Positions 1 through 11,820 of a stretch of 64,000 nucleotides of DNA are shown piece by piece. The notes beneath the pieces are model-generated. The model saw only the letters and a program-made list of their open reading frames with translations. It was not told the origin of the DNA and did not search any database. The number at the start of each line of letters is the position of its first letter. Positions within the stretch are counted from its first letter, which is position 1. The position numbers were made by a program, and so were the translations under genes. This DNA comes from Octopus sinensis (lineage: Eukaryota): the NCBI RefSeq assembly GCF_006345805.1, contig NC_043008.1, positions 50,344,001-50,408,000 of the forward strand, written 5' to 3'.

Positions 1-465
1 TTATGATTTACGATGCCTCAGATATTACACATCCGAAGAAATTATGGGTTTGGGCGCAGTAGATATTTATAATTTCCAACTTTACTCTCTAGGGACGCCT
101 CTGTGCATGTGTGTGTGCGTGTGTATGTGTGTGTGTGTTTGTGTGTGTGTGCACGCGCGTGTATACACCACACACAGACGCCCGACGTACAACCACTACG
201 CGGCTTCTGTCAGTTAACTCCACCCATAATGTACTGATCGACCTGTGGCCGAAGCAAAAGACACACGCCCAAGATAGAGTCTTGGGAAAATACCCAGAGG
301 AAAAAAAAAAAAAACGGGAGGAACCACCTGCTGTTTTCTTACACGAAAATTCCATGACAAACACGAATTGATTATCAAAGAAGTCGTCAGTGTGGGAGGG
401 GGGGGACTTTCTCTGCTTGACGAAACAAGAGAGTGACCCTCGTTTTTCATCTATCCATCTATCTA

Positions 466-527
466 TCTGGTGGTTAGGATTCCTGGGTTTCACCCAAGAA
501 TTCCAGGTTCGATTACCGGCATGGGAA
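466..527 (+). pseudogene. tRNA-Glu(TTC)-derived pseudogene, 5' acceptor strand lost
   Basis: TCTGGTGGTTAGGATTCCTGG-GTTTCAC-CCAAG...GGTTCGATTACCGGCATGGGAA follows the eukaryotic tRNA-Glu D-arm, anticodon (TTC at 489-491), T-arm and 3' acceptor. The stems are mismatched and the 5' end merges into (TCTA)n. Confidence 0.75.
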
Positions 528-529
528 TG

Positions 530-718
530 CATATCTATCTATCCACCTACCTACCTACCTATACCTATCTACCTATCTATCTGTCTGTCTGTCTGTCTAT
601 CAATCAATCTGTCTATCTATCTATCTATCTACCCACCTATCTATCTATCCACCTATCTATCTATCCACCTATCTATTTATCTATCCATCTATCTATTTAT
701 CTATCCATCTATCTATCC

Positions 719-764
<46 letters not shown>

Positions 765-820
765 ATATATATATATATATATATATATCTACCTACCTAC
801 CTATTTACCTACGTATCTAC

Positions 821-857
<37 letters not shown>

Positions 858-895
858 AATCTATATGCATACAACTATATACACACACACACATG
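530..895. repeat. compound (TCTA)n/(TA)n/(CA)n microsatellite
   Basis: Directly visible; explains ORFs 390..920 and 470..970. Confidence 0.95.
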
Positions 896-1280
896 CAACA
901 CAACACAACTAAGCACATAGAGGCAAAACAAGGTGGAAGAAATAATACTCGGAAACCAAAAATAAAGTAAAACATTTTTTAATTAAAGCACCACAAAAAT
1001 AGAATATAACAGTTTGTTAATGTTTTCAGCTTTCATAAAATGGGCTATATATATGTATGTGTATATATATATAACTGGAACTGTGTCAATGACCATGTTG
1101 CAGTTGGTGCAAGGAAAATTTTGACAGGCGATTATAATAAATGCAGACTTTGTGTTTGAATGGCTAATGGGTGTCCTGTACACTGTAATTGCTTTACTTT
1201 GAACTCACCGGCTTTGATCACATCACCTGCCTGACAAGTGCATAGCCAATATATATATATATATATATTGGCTATATATA

Positions 1281-1659
1281 GGCGCAGGAGTGGCTGTGTG
1301 GTAAGTAGCTTGCTTACCAACCACATGGTTCCGGGTTCAGTCCCACTGCGTGGCACCTTGGGTAAGTGTCTTCTACTATAGCCTCGGGCCGACCAAAGCC
1401 TTGTGAGTGGATTTGGTAGACAGAAACTGAAAGAAGCCTGTCGTATATATGTATATATATATGTGTGTGTATATGTTTGTGTGTCTGTATTTGTCCCCCT
1501 AGCATTGCTTGACAACCGATGCTGGTGTGTTTATGTCCCCGTCACTTAGCGGTTCAGCAAAAGAGACTGATAGAGTCCTGGGGTCAATTTGCTTGACTAA
1601 AGGCGATGCTCCAGCATGGCCACACTCAGGTGACTGAAACAAGTAAAAGAGTAAAGAGT
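1281..1659 (+). mobile_element. tRNA-derived SINE family A (CORE-like), near full length
   Basis: A/B-box-like head (GTGGCTGTGTGGT...GGTTCAGTCCC), CORE-like ACCTTGGGYAAGTGTCTT, internal (TA/TG)n and an AGTAAAAG tail. Near-identical copies at 12864, 14733, 25633 and 55545. Confidence 0.85.
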
Positions 1660-1719
1660 ATATATACATAAAGAGAAAGAGAAAGTTGTCTGGGGTCAGG
1701 CTCAAATGGCCAAAGGCAC

Positions 1720-1953
1720 TTATTGCAGCTTTTTTTCAACAAATTCTAATCAACAAAAGCAATAACAATATTTAACAAAAACATCTTTAAATGATGGTCT
1801 GACCGTCTGCCAAGCAAATGGGAAGCAGTAATTGAAGTAGATGGTGAATATGCTCCGGAAAAATCATTTAAAGATGTTTTTGTTACACGTTATTGTTTTT
1901 GTTGGATAAAATTTGTTGGAAAAAATCTGCAATAATTATGCACCAACCCAATA
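1720..1953. mobile_element. Tc1/mariner-type MITE, left TIR truncated
   Basis: Long inverted arms (TTATTGCAG...AAAAACATCTTTAAATGAT / ATCATTTAAAGATGTTTTT...CTGCAATAATTATGCACCAACCCAA-TA). A half copy lies at about 5905-5989. Confidence 0.75.
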
Positions 1954-1968
1954 TATATATATATATAT

Positions 1969-2057
<89 letters not shown>

Positions 2058-2271
2058 AATAAGAAAATGGAGGGGATCAAGAGGTGGTATTCATCAACTT
2101 TTAGACTTTTATATTATGTCAATTTATTTATTTATTTATTTACTAAAAGGACAATTATAACAATATACATACATGTATAACGTATTATGCTTTACATGTA
2201 TAATATATAAAATATAAAAATATCAGTAATTATTAAAATATATAACATATAGCAATAGAAATTGGGATAAT

Positions 2272-2395
2272 ATCTTACAGCTGTTTCAGCCAAGAGGTAA
2301 AAATACCTCATTCTACCTTTATCCCTCCAGTAGACTGAAGTAATTAGCAGACGAAATTGAGGTACTTGGGTGCTTCTCTAGGCTTCGTAAGAGAT
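2272..2395 (-). ncRNA. degenerate type I hammerhead ribozyme (Penelope-type), core G5U
   Basis: Minus strand: AUCU-CUUACGA-AGCCUAGAG...CUCUUGGCU-GAAA-C-AGCU-GUA-AGAU. Stems I, II and palindromic stem III all pair. Confidence 0.65.
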
Positions 2396-2561
2396 TTTAG
2401 AAAGTATATAAGGTTAAGTTATAAATATAAATACACACTAATATACATACTTTTACATATACATGCATATACATAAATATACATAAACACATGTCCCTAC
2501 ACTTAAATGTACATGCATATTTGCATGTATATGCATACAAATGAATCAATTGCTATTATTA

Positions 2562-2613
<52 letters not shown>

Positions 2614-2796
2614 CAGATGCATTATATTATTCATATTACATAAAATATAAACAGAGGTGTGAGAAAGTTATAAGAGAATTAATATTGTAATTTATAAAAT
2701 CAATACATCTTGAAGTTATTTTAGTTATGTAAGGATGAAACTGTATATACATGAGGAACACACACACACACACACACAACACACACACACACGCAC

Positions 2797-2856
<60 letters not shown>

Positions 2857-2925
2857 CATATAAATTAGAAAGTGGAGATACATCAATTAATAAGTATATT
2901 TATTAACTGCAAAATTAAACACGAT

Positions 2926-3009
2926 ATCTAACAGCTGTTTTGATTCATACTTTAAACATTATAATTGTATTAATTAAATCATTTTATAAAGCATAATCTC
3001 GTTAGAGGC
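2926..3009 (-). ncRNA. highly degenerate hammerhead ribozyme relic
   Basis: Minus strand: CUAACGA-GAUUAUGCUUUA...UAAAGUAUGAAUC-AAAA-C-AGCU-GUU-AGA. Two core substitutions; stem II and palindromic stem III are retained. Confidence 0.45.
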
Positions 3010-3127
3010 AGAATAATAGAGAGAAAGAACTGGTTTCTAACCTAAATCCAAGGTTCCTTCATTGGAATTTCAACATCAACAACAGGGTATTTTTGTATGC
3101 ATGCATGCATGTATGTATGTATGTATG

Positions 3128-3159
<32 letters not shown>

Positions 3160-3319
3160 CATGTATGCATGCATGTATGTATGTATGTATGTATGTATGT
3201 ATGTATGTATGTATGTATGTATGCATGCATGCATGCATGCATGTATGTATGTATGTATGTATGTATGTGTGCAGATTTGTATGTTTTATGTATGTATTCT
3301 CATGCATATAGCTACATAT

Positions 3320-3660
3320 CTAGACATGCTCATATATATTTAAATGATAAATGTCTTGAAATTTTAACAGATTTTTATAGTTCCAGTGATGGATTGGATC
3401 TGTTGTCTTCAAAATTAGCTTTCTGCTTTCTAGTTTTGAGAAGCCTAATTTCTCAAGATTGGTATTTAGGAAATCTGTTACATATCCCAGGGCCCCAATA
3501 ATTACAGGTATAAACCTGAACTTGTAATCTGTATAGAGTAACTGCAGATTTCTCAATAGTTCAGCATAGGTGTTCTCTTTTTCACTGATCTTCAGTTTTA
3601 TGTTAACATCCGCTGGACAGCTGATTTCCACAACTGCCCCACAGTTTCTCTTCTCACATA
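3320..3660 (-). mobile_element. 3' fragment of an RLE-type non-LTR retrotransposon (R4/Dong/NeSL-like endonuclease C-terminus)
   Basis: VVEISCPADVNI...EKENTYAELL...FIPVIIGALG matches the restriction-like endonuclease tail (E-x-x-x-P, K-x-x-x-Y, IIGALG). Confidence 0.8.
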
Positions 3661-3704
3661 CGTATGTATGTATGTATGTATGTAAGTATGTATGTATGTA
3701 TGTA

Positions 3705-3749
<45 letters not shown>

Positions 3750-3926
3750 GTGTGTGTGTGTGTGTGTCCTTTTGTCTGCATTTGTCACGCACCACTGCTT
3801 GACAACAAGTGTTAGTGTGTTTACACTTAGCAGTTTGGCAAAAGTGACTGATAAAACAAGTACCGGTGGTGGTGGGGTTAAAAATAAAGTCTTGCTTGAC
3901 TAAATATCTTCAACATACATACATAC

Positions 3927-3959
<33 letters not shown>

Positions 3960-4112
3960 CACATGCACAAAGGGGGGATGTGTGTGTGTGTGTATAGACA
4001 TTTGCTTTCTGTGTTTTATAACTACTTGTTGTTTTCTCACTGTCCTACCCCCACCCACTCTCTTCACCATTGTCTTATGTCAACAAACACATATACTCCC
4101 TCACATTTTGGC

Positions 4113-4145
<33 letters not shown>

Positions 4146-4446
4146 CAAGCGTGCACACACACACACACACATAGAAGTTTCTGCCTGTTATTTGTAAGCC
4201 ATTCCTCTATTTGTGTGTGTGTGTATAGATACATGCATACATATATACATACATACATACATACACACACACACATGTATGTATGTATATATATATATAT
4301 ATGTAGACACCGATACATAATATATCTACATGCGAAAACACACACACACATATACATTCCCACAGACAGAGAGATACACATTCTTCTTTTACTCATATGT
4401 ACACATTTCACTCTCTATTTCCCTGTTTTTGATATATACATGTGTG

Positions 4447-4483
<37 letters not shown>

Positions 4484-4509
4484 GTGTATATATATATATA
4501 TGTATATGA

Positions 4510-4547
<38 letters not shown>

Positions 4548-4734
4548 GATATATATATATACACACACATATACATATATATATCTATTATATACATATA
4601 TACATATACATATGTATATGTATATACACACACACAGACTCACAGAGGTACACATTATACACACTTCATATAGTTTCCTTTTCAATGACATATCTTATTC
4701 ACACATCCATCAAATATAAACATTCACATGAGCA

Positions 4735-4900
4735 AACCACCACCACCACCACCGCTGCCACCGCCACCACCACCACCGCTAAAACCGCCACCACCACCAC
4801 CGCTGCCACCGCCACCACCACCACCGCTGCCACCGCCACCACCACCACCGCTGCCACCGCCACCACCACCACCGCTGCCACCGCCACCACCACCACCACC
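4735..4900. repeat. 21-bp GC-rich minisatellite built on (CCA)n
   Basis: Repeated CCACCACCACCGCTGCCACCG unit. Confidence 0.9.
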
Positions 4901-5273
4901 ATTGTCACCATTTTATATCCGCCTTCCATGTTGGCATATGCTAGACAAGTCGTCACATGGCCCATGTTATTTTCTTTCGGGTTCTACTTGCTCCAAAAGA
5001 CGGATTATCTGTCATACATGTTATGTCTCTTGGGTGCAATTGCTGGGTGTCCTTCCTGTTGCCACCCACGAAATTCCAAAGTGTACTGAATGTGTTTTCT
5101 TGTAGTACCAACAACACAAAAGTACTCAGCAACTCGAGGCACGTAGACCAAGGAGGGGAATAAAAGAAGGGGAAGCAGAAAGGTTAGAAATGGAGAGCTG
5201 AGTGGATGGAATGGGCAGAAATGTCTGGCAGCAGAATACAATGAGATTGAGAAGAGGAGAGAGAGTAATTCTT

Positions 5274-5620
5274 TTCTACTCTAGACACAAGGCCTGAAAA
5301 TTTGGGGGAGAGGGGCTGGTCACTTAGATCGACACCAGTATGCAACTGGTACTTAATTTATCGACTCTGAATGGATGAAAGGCAAAGCCGACCTTGGTGG
5401 AATTTGAACTCAGAATGTAAAGACAGGTGAAATACCACTAAGCATTCGCCCGGTGTGCTAACGTGTCTGCCAGCTCGGCTGCCTTGTAAAATACCAATCC
5501 TTATATCTTTACTACCCACAAGGGGCTACACACAGAGGAGACAAACAAGGACAGACAAACAGATTAAGTCAATTTTCTCAATCCCAGCGCGTAACTGGTA
5601 CTTATTTAATCGACCCCTTC
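5274..5620 (-). mobile_element. SINE family B, one full copy plus one 3' fragment
   Basis: Reverse complement of the GAGCTGGCAGA...GAGTTCAAATTCC...GCCTTTCATCC...AAGTACCAG family seen more than 15 times in the window. Confidence 0.8.
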
Positions 5621-5675
5621 ACCATCTACTTCAATTACTGTTTCCCATTTGCTTGGCAGACAGTCAGACTGTCAC

Positions 5676-5904
5676 TTAACCCTTTAGTGTTTAAACTGGC
5701 CAAATCCAGCCCAATATATTCTACATGTTTTATATTCAAACTGGCGATATCTAGCCTCTCACTCCTAACCTACAATGCCATTCTGAAAATAAGTAATCAC
5801 ATCATTGAAACCTCAAAGCAATAAGATAATGCATGATTAATTCAAAACAATTTGAGTGAAAAAGTATTATATTTAACAGAGTGTTCTGAACACTAAAGGG
5901 TTAA
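5676..5904. mobile_element. piggyBac-type MITE
   Basis: TTAA-CCCTTTAG...CTAAAGGG-TTAA; related copies at 38511-38739 and 52431-52638. Confidence 0.85.
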
Positions 5905-7214
5905 TGATGTTTTTGTTAAATATTGTTATTGTTTTTGTTGAATAAAATTTGTTGAAAAGAAGCTGCAATAATTATGCACCAACCCAATATGTAGTACCAG
6001 TCATACGATTGGGGTGTATGACACTGTAATGACAGCTCAAAAGGCTTGCATGCATACAAGTCCCCCACCACCATTACCGACTTGAGAAAAAATTTTGGGT
6101 TGAAAGGGTTACCCAATTCCACTTACAAGGTATTGGTCGACCCACCTCTATAGTATAGAATATCAACTAAAACCATTCACAGAATGGGTTTGAGCCTCTA
6201 ATTGCATAGTTCGCATAGTCTCAAAGGGAACTTCTTGATCATACAGTAATGCCTGTGGCTATAGAAGCAATTTGCTCCCAAGAACAATATGAAAGTCTCT
6301 TTTGCACCCTTGAACCCAAGCACCCTTCTTGCCTCTTTTAAAATAAAAATTTTAAACCCTGACTGCTTCCACAACAACCTGTATTTCTCTATATGGAGAA
6401 AATGTTAAGTGTTTGGGTCGATAAATAAAGTACCAGTTTCGCACTGGGGGGCGATATAATTGACTTAATTCCTTTGTCTGTCCTTGTTTGTCCCCTCTAT
6501 GTTTAGCCCCTTGTGGGCAGTAAAGAAATATATATTCAATACAAAATTTAGTGATATTTGTCTCTTCAATTGTGCAAGTAATTCTGATGCCGATGGTACA
6601 GTGCTAGAAATTCTAATGCAGCCTGGATGTCAGTAGCTGCTGATTGTTCTGTTCTTCAAATGCTATGGAGATTAAACCATTTCTTGAACTTTCCATTCCA
6701 CCCATGACAAGAAACAAAGCATTGCAATGACTTTCTCAGTTTCTTCTTGTTTCCACTGTTTAAATAAATTTAATGACTTTTATTGGTTAATATGGCTTGA
6801 AAGGATGACAGGTGACACTTTGACATATCATTCACCCAAACACTTAACATTTTCTCCATATTCTTCACATTAGTTCCAGAACTACACGATTCTTATCTTC
6901 TTTTATCTTTTGCTTGTTTCAGTTATCAGACTGCAAGCTTTGAAGAATTTGGTTGACCAAATCGCCTGTCCCCCACCTCACCCTGTCCTCCGTACTTATT
7001 TTCCAGCCTAGTACTTATTTTATCGGCCTCTTTTGCTGAACCGCACTGGGCTGTGGGGGACACAAACAAAGCAACACAAGTTGTCAAGTGGTGATGGGGG
7101 ACAAACACAAAGACACACACACTGAGGTCAGGAAAGCCAGTAGCTACATCAGGCACCATTCTGATCTGGCAATGTTTCTACAGCTGGATGCCCTTCTAAT
7201 ACCACACCACACAC

Positions 7215-7245
<31 letters not shown>

Positions 7246-7254
<9 letters not shown>

Positions 7255-7524
7255 GGGAAAGTTTACGAAAATAAACAAAAGACGAAGGCAGGTGGAGTAC
7301 AAACAAACAAATGTATGAGTATAGCGCTCAGAAATAGAAAAAGTCTTTTATGTTTCGAGCCTACGCTCTTCAACAGAAAGATACACAGAAAAAACTGTTG
7401 AAGAGCGTAGGCTCGAAACGTAAAAGACTTTTTCTATTTCTGAGCGCTATACTCATACATTTGTTGTTTGTACTCCACCTGCCTTCGTCTTTTGTTTATT
7501 TTCGTAAACTTTCCCTTAATATAT
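7246..7524. repeat. foldback palindrome (about 130-bp arms, 18-nt spacer) carrying a hammerhead-like motif in each arm
   Basis: Arms 7246-7376 and 7395-7524 are near-perfect reverse complements; motif CUGUUGA-A-GAGC-GUAG-GCUC-GAAA-CGUA-AAAGA. Confidence 0.85.
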
Positions 7525-7734
7525 CACGCGCTCACGTGGTCTCACTTTGATCCTATATTCTACCACTACCAACTCTTACCTTTCCTTGACGGACACTACC
7601 TCTCCATTGGACTTTTTTACCTCTAAGGACACCTACCCTCTGGCTGCACCTTTCCTACACAGATCAAAGTGACTTTGTTATTGATATATATATATATATA
7701 TATATATATTCATATATCCATCCAAAGCAAGGGT

Positions 7735-8235
7735 TTATATGTCTTTTGGATCCATTCCAAATGACTTCATTGTAGTCCCTATGCCATCCTTAAACCTTTT
7801 TTTAGGTTTACACCAACAGTGTTTCCCCTCTGCAAGCTCACCATAAAACAGCTGTTTCAGCATGCGTTCATCTGCCATTCGAACATGGCCACACCACCTC
7901 ATTTGGGTCCTCAAAATCACAGCTTTAATTGAGGTGATGCCTGCAGATGCAAGGACATCAGTGTTTGGAGTAAAAGAACTCCATTTAATTTTTTAAATGC
8001 AATGAAGACATTTTTGGTGGAATTGTTCTAACTATTTAAAATGCCTTTCATAACAAGTCCATGTTTCACAAGAATACAACAGGAATGGTAAGACAAATGA
8101 TTTGTGAAGAGCCAGCTTTGTATTCTTATTTATATGTTGATGGCACCAAACACGTGACTTCAAGCCACCAAATGCTTTTGCTGCCCTTTGAATTCACAGA
8201 TGTATTTCTGTATCAAGATTTCCACCATTTGGTAC
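7735..8235 (-). mobile_element. RTE-clade LINE ORF2 fragment, decayed
   Basis: QMRWCGHVRMADERMLKQLFYGEL...KPKKRFKD is the typical RTE post-RT region. Confidence 0.85.
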
Positions 8236-8536
8236 AGAGCTTCCAAGGCAGATGAATGAATCAACAACCTCAAGTAATTTAACCTTAACAAGAATTTTTT
8301 TATATTTATATATATATTATTTATATTTAATTCTTATTTAATTCTTTTTCACACATCGTACGTTTTTTATATATGTGTATATATGTATTTTTTTACTTTT
8401 ATATACATATATATTTATATTTCTTGCATATCTTTTACTTTTTTATATTATTAATTGGACACAACTGACATAAACACCTTCTCTCTTCTCATGCACAGAA
8501 AGAGAAATATATTCAGACATATGAATTCAGAGAGAG

Positions 8537-8615
<79 letters not shown>

Positions 8616-8984
8616 AAGAGATTTAAATATCTGATGTCAATTAAATTCAGCATTGAATCAGGAATGCCAAATAGATAGCGCCAAAATGCCTGTGCCGAAA
8701 ACATCTCACACTTTAAGTATTGTTCTGAGTAGTTACATGATACGATGGCATAATAAGAGTACTTAATTATGTTTCGTCATCATCGTCATCATCAACATCA
8801 TTATCCTCATCATCGTCATCATTGTCATCATCAACATCATCATCCCTATTTAACGTCTGTTTTTCCACGTAGGGACAAAGGTTTGACAGTTTGACAGGGT
8901 CCAATGAGCTGCAGAGCTGCGTCAGGCCCCAATGTCAGCTTTGGCATCATGGTTTCTCATACATACAACATACATACATGTATG

Positions 8985-9025
<41 letters not shown>

Positions 9026-9241
9026 TATATATTATGTGAAATAGAAAGATGAATAATCTTGTAGTAGATTAATCAAAAGTTTACCGATACCTTAGTAGCA
9101 AAAATCACAGCAGTAAACAGCACGGTGGAGGTACAACCATCTGGCGTTGCAACCGTGCGTTGGTGCGGATAATTGAAATTAAAACATTATTGGTGAATTG
9201 AAGAAATGGAGCTGAACGCAGATTGAACAGAAATCGTTTTA

Positions 9242-9333
9242 TTTCATTCTACACGTGTTTCGAAAGGCACAAATTACCAAAATCCGATTGAATAATGGGA
9301 CCATATTGTGTCTTTCTCTTCAGGAAGAAAAAA
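9242..9333 (-). ncRNA. type I hammerhead ribozyme, mirror copy
   Basis: Reverse complement of 9343-9433 with the same intact core. Confidence 0.75.
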
Positions 9334-9342
9334 CGGATTTCC

Positions 9343-9433
9343 TTTTTTCTTCCTGAAGAGAAAGACACAATATGGTCCCATTATTCAATCGGATTTTGGT
9401 AATTGTGCCTTTCGAAACACGTGTAGAATGAAA
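9343..9433 (+). ncRNA. type I hammerhead ribozyme, intact core
   Basis: UUC-CUGAAGA(9353-9359)-GAAAGACACAAU/AUUGUGCCUUUC (stem II, 11 of 12 pairs)-GAAA(9414-9417)-C-ACGU-GUA(9423-9425)-GAA. Confidence 0.8.
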
Positions 9434-9517
9434 TAAAACGATTTTGTTCAATCTGCGTTCAGCTCCATTTCTTCAATTCACCAATAATGTTTTATATATA
9501 TATATATAATATATATA

Positions 9518-9563
<46 letters not shown>

Positions 9564-9576
9564 ATATATATATATG

Positions 9577-9641
<65 letters not shown>

Positions 9642-9935
9642 AAATATAGGGAATAAATAAATGTATATATTATATATATATATATAATATTATATATATA
9701 CATACACACATGCACATATACATATAATATATATATATATACCTCACATATGCACACAGTTATGTGAGTGTGTATGTGTGTGTGTGTGTGTGTGTTGTGT
9801 GAAATATTGTCCCAGTTACCATCAAAAACCACCCACCACCACCCATGCTTAAAGTGGTGCATCATTAGAATGAAGTCATCCCAGTTATCAGAACAACAGG
9901 GTTACTGTTTATACCCTGGTAGACCCACTATCTTT

Positions 9936-9982
<47 letters not shown>

Positions 9983-10379
9983 CATATCTAACACACACAC
10001 ACAGGCATCCCATTTACTCATGCTCACCATCAGACACCGAGTCAATGCTGAAGCTTGTCCATATCTCTCAACCTAGTAGAAATAGCAGCTAAATCTCCCT
10101 CACATTTCGCATCCGAGCATCTTACATAAGGATAGGACACCGTAGATAATATATTCTTTCGTATTCCTGAAATGACAGGGTGGTCATGGTTAGAACGCCA
10201 TAGATCGTAAGCCTTCTTCATAAGGGTTGTTCTGGGTCTAAACAACCTCTATCGCACACATACACGCACATGCGCATGTGCGAGCACACACACACATGCA
10301 CGCGTGTGAGCACACACACAAAGCAATAATACTCGTCACACCCTGATGATAATGATGTTAATGGTAAACGCAAACTGTA

Positions 10380-10413
10380 GTATGATAATAATTATTATTA
10401 TTATTATTATTAT

Positions 10414-10451
<38 letters not shown>

Positions 10452-10563
10452 ACAGCAGCAGCAGTAATAGTAGCAGCAGCAGCAGTAGTTGTAGTTGCAG
10501 TAGCGGCGGCAGTAGCAGCAGCAGCAGTAGTAGTGGAGGTAGTGGTGGTGGTGGTAGTAGTAA

Positions 10564-10602
<39 letters not shown>

Positions 10603-10641
10603 CAGCAGCAGTGGCAGCACTAGCAGCAGCAGTAGTAGTAG

Positions 10642-10714
<73 letters not shown>

Positions 10715-10830
10715 CATGGTGGTGACAGGGGCAGAGGTGATAACAGTGGTTGGGGGGGGGACTGGTAGCAGTGATGAGTGCAGCAGCAGTGGCAGCAGCG
10801 GTGGTGGTGGCAATGGCAGTGGTGATGTGG
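10380..10830. repeat. compound trinucleotide repeat (ATT/AGT/AGC/GGT)n
   Basis: Directly visible; source of the homopolymeric ORFs. Confidence 0.95.
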
Positions 10831-10849
10831 ACCTGTAGCTGGAGATGTA

Positions 10850-11062
10850 TACGAGGGGGTACTGAAAAGTTCCTGGATTTGGGTAAAAGAAAATACAGGA
10901 TGATCCATTAATTCTGATTTTATACAACATATTCCCCTCTCAGATTCACACACTTACTGCAGTAGTCCTTCGGTTTTTCCAAGTTCTGTAAAAGAACCCG
11001 GAAGATTGGGCCTCCAACCAGGCCTTTTACGACACCCTTAAAGCCAGAAACCTTTCAGCACC

Positions 11063-11070
<8 letters not shown>
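10850..11070. mobile_element. mariner-type MITE
   Basis: TA-CGAGGGGGTACTGAAAAGTTCCTGG...CCAGAAACCTTTCAGCACCCTCTCA-TA; imperfect TIRs with TA target site. Confidence 0.8.
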
Positions 11071-11107
<37 letters not shown>

Positions 11108-11228
11108 TATATATTTTTTTTATTAATATTTAGCAGACCTGTAACTCTCAGATCTTGAGTCACTCTGTTGCTTCTGCTAAATATTAATAAAAATATACAT
11201 ATATTCATATTTTGAGTTCTATTTTTCC

Positions 11229-11820
11229 TAGGCAGACAAACCACAAATCCCTTCAGGTAGATGGCCCTGCTCAATCTGTAGAAAAGGTGTAGGTAGAAAG
11301 TGCATAAGATGCACCCAGTGTAAGCTCTGGACACATAAAAGGTGCAGCAATATCAGAGGAAGGTTAACAGGGAAACTAGCTTTTGTATGTGGAAGATGCA
11401 CAGGTACAATAAACACTGAAAATGGACAGAAAATAGATTCTATCAACTGCCAGGAGAGCAAGTTAGAGGTAGTCGGTAGCTTCTGTTATCTTGGTGATCA
11501 AGTTAGTAGTGGTGGTGGATGCTCCGAGAGAATAGCTGTGAGAATAAGATTAGGCCGGGTAATGTTCAGAGAATAAGATTAGGCTGGGTGAAGTTCAGAG
11601 AATAAGATTAGGCTGGGTGAAGTTCAGAGAATAAGATTAGGTTGGGTAATGTTCCTACCCCTGCTGGCAACAAAGGATGTCTCATTCAGAGTGAATGGCA
11701 GATTGTTTGACGCCTGCGTGTGAACTGCTATGCTGCATGACAGTGAAACATGTGCTATGACAGCTGAGGTCATGCGTAGGCTTGAAAGAAATGAAGCCAG
11801 TATGCTTCATTGGATGTTTT
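11229..11820 (+). mobile_element. RTE/RTE-X LINE ORF2 fragment with Cys-rich (PHD-like) insert; internal 29-bp tandem repeat at about 11539-11654
   Basis: CSICRKGVGRKCIRCTQCKLWTHKRCS...FVCGRC...KLEVVGSFCYLGDQVSSGGG; four copies of GAGAATAAGATTAGGCTGGGTGAAGTTCA. Confidence 0.8.

Larger units (their letters stand above)
9180..9494. repeat. foldback palindrome (about 153-bp arms, 9-nt spacer) between (TA)n tracts
   Basis: 9180-9333 and 9343-9494 are reverse complements apart from a few small indels. Confidence 0.9.

Noticed and set aside
89-970. ORFs rich in YLSI/IYLS/HT/CV repeats, and many like them across the window
   Set aside because: They are translations of (TCTA)n, (TA)n, (CA)n and (TATG)n microsatellites.
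3030-3070. Possible hammerhead on the minus strand (CCAAUGA...GAAACC)
   Set aside because: Two core mismatches, and stems I and III do not close convincingly.
4728-5105. Poly-proline, formin-like ORF
   Set aside because: It is a pure 21-bp minisatellite with no flanking domain or splice support.
10336-10930. Poly-S/T/V/L ORFs; likewise poly-H ORFs at 14052 and 26514
   Set aside because: Trinucleotide repeats open in several frames.
11539-11654. CRISPR-like 29-bp repeats
   Set aside because: Contiguous tandem copies without spacers, inside a eukaryotic LINE.
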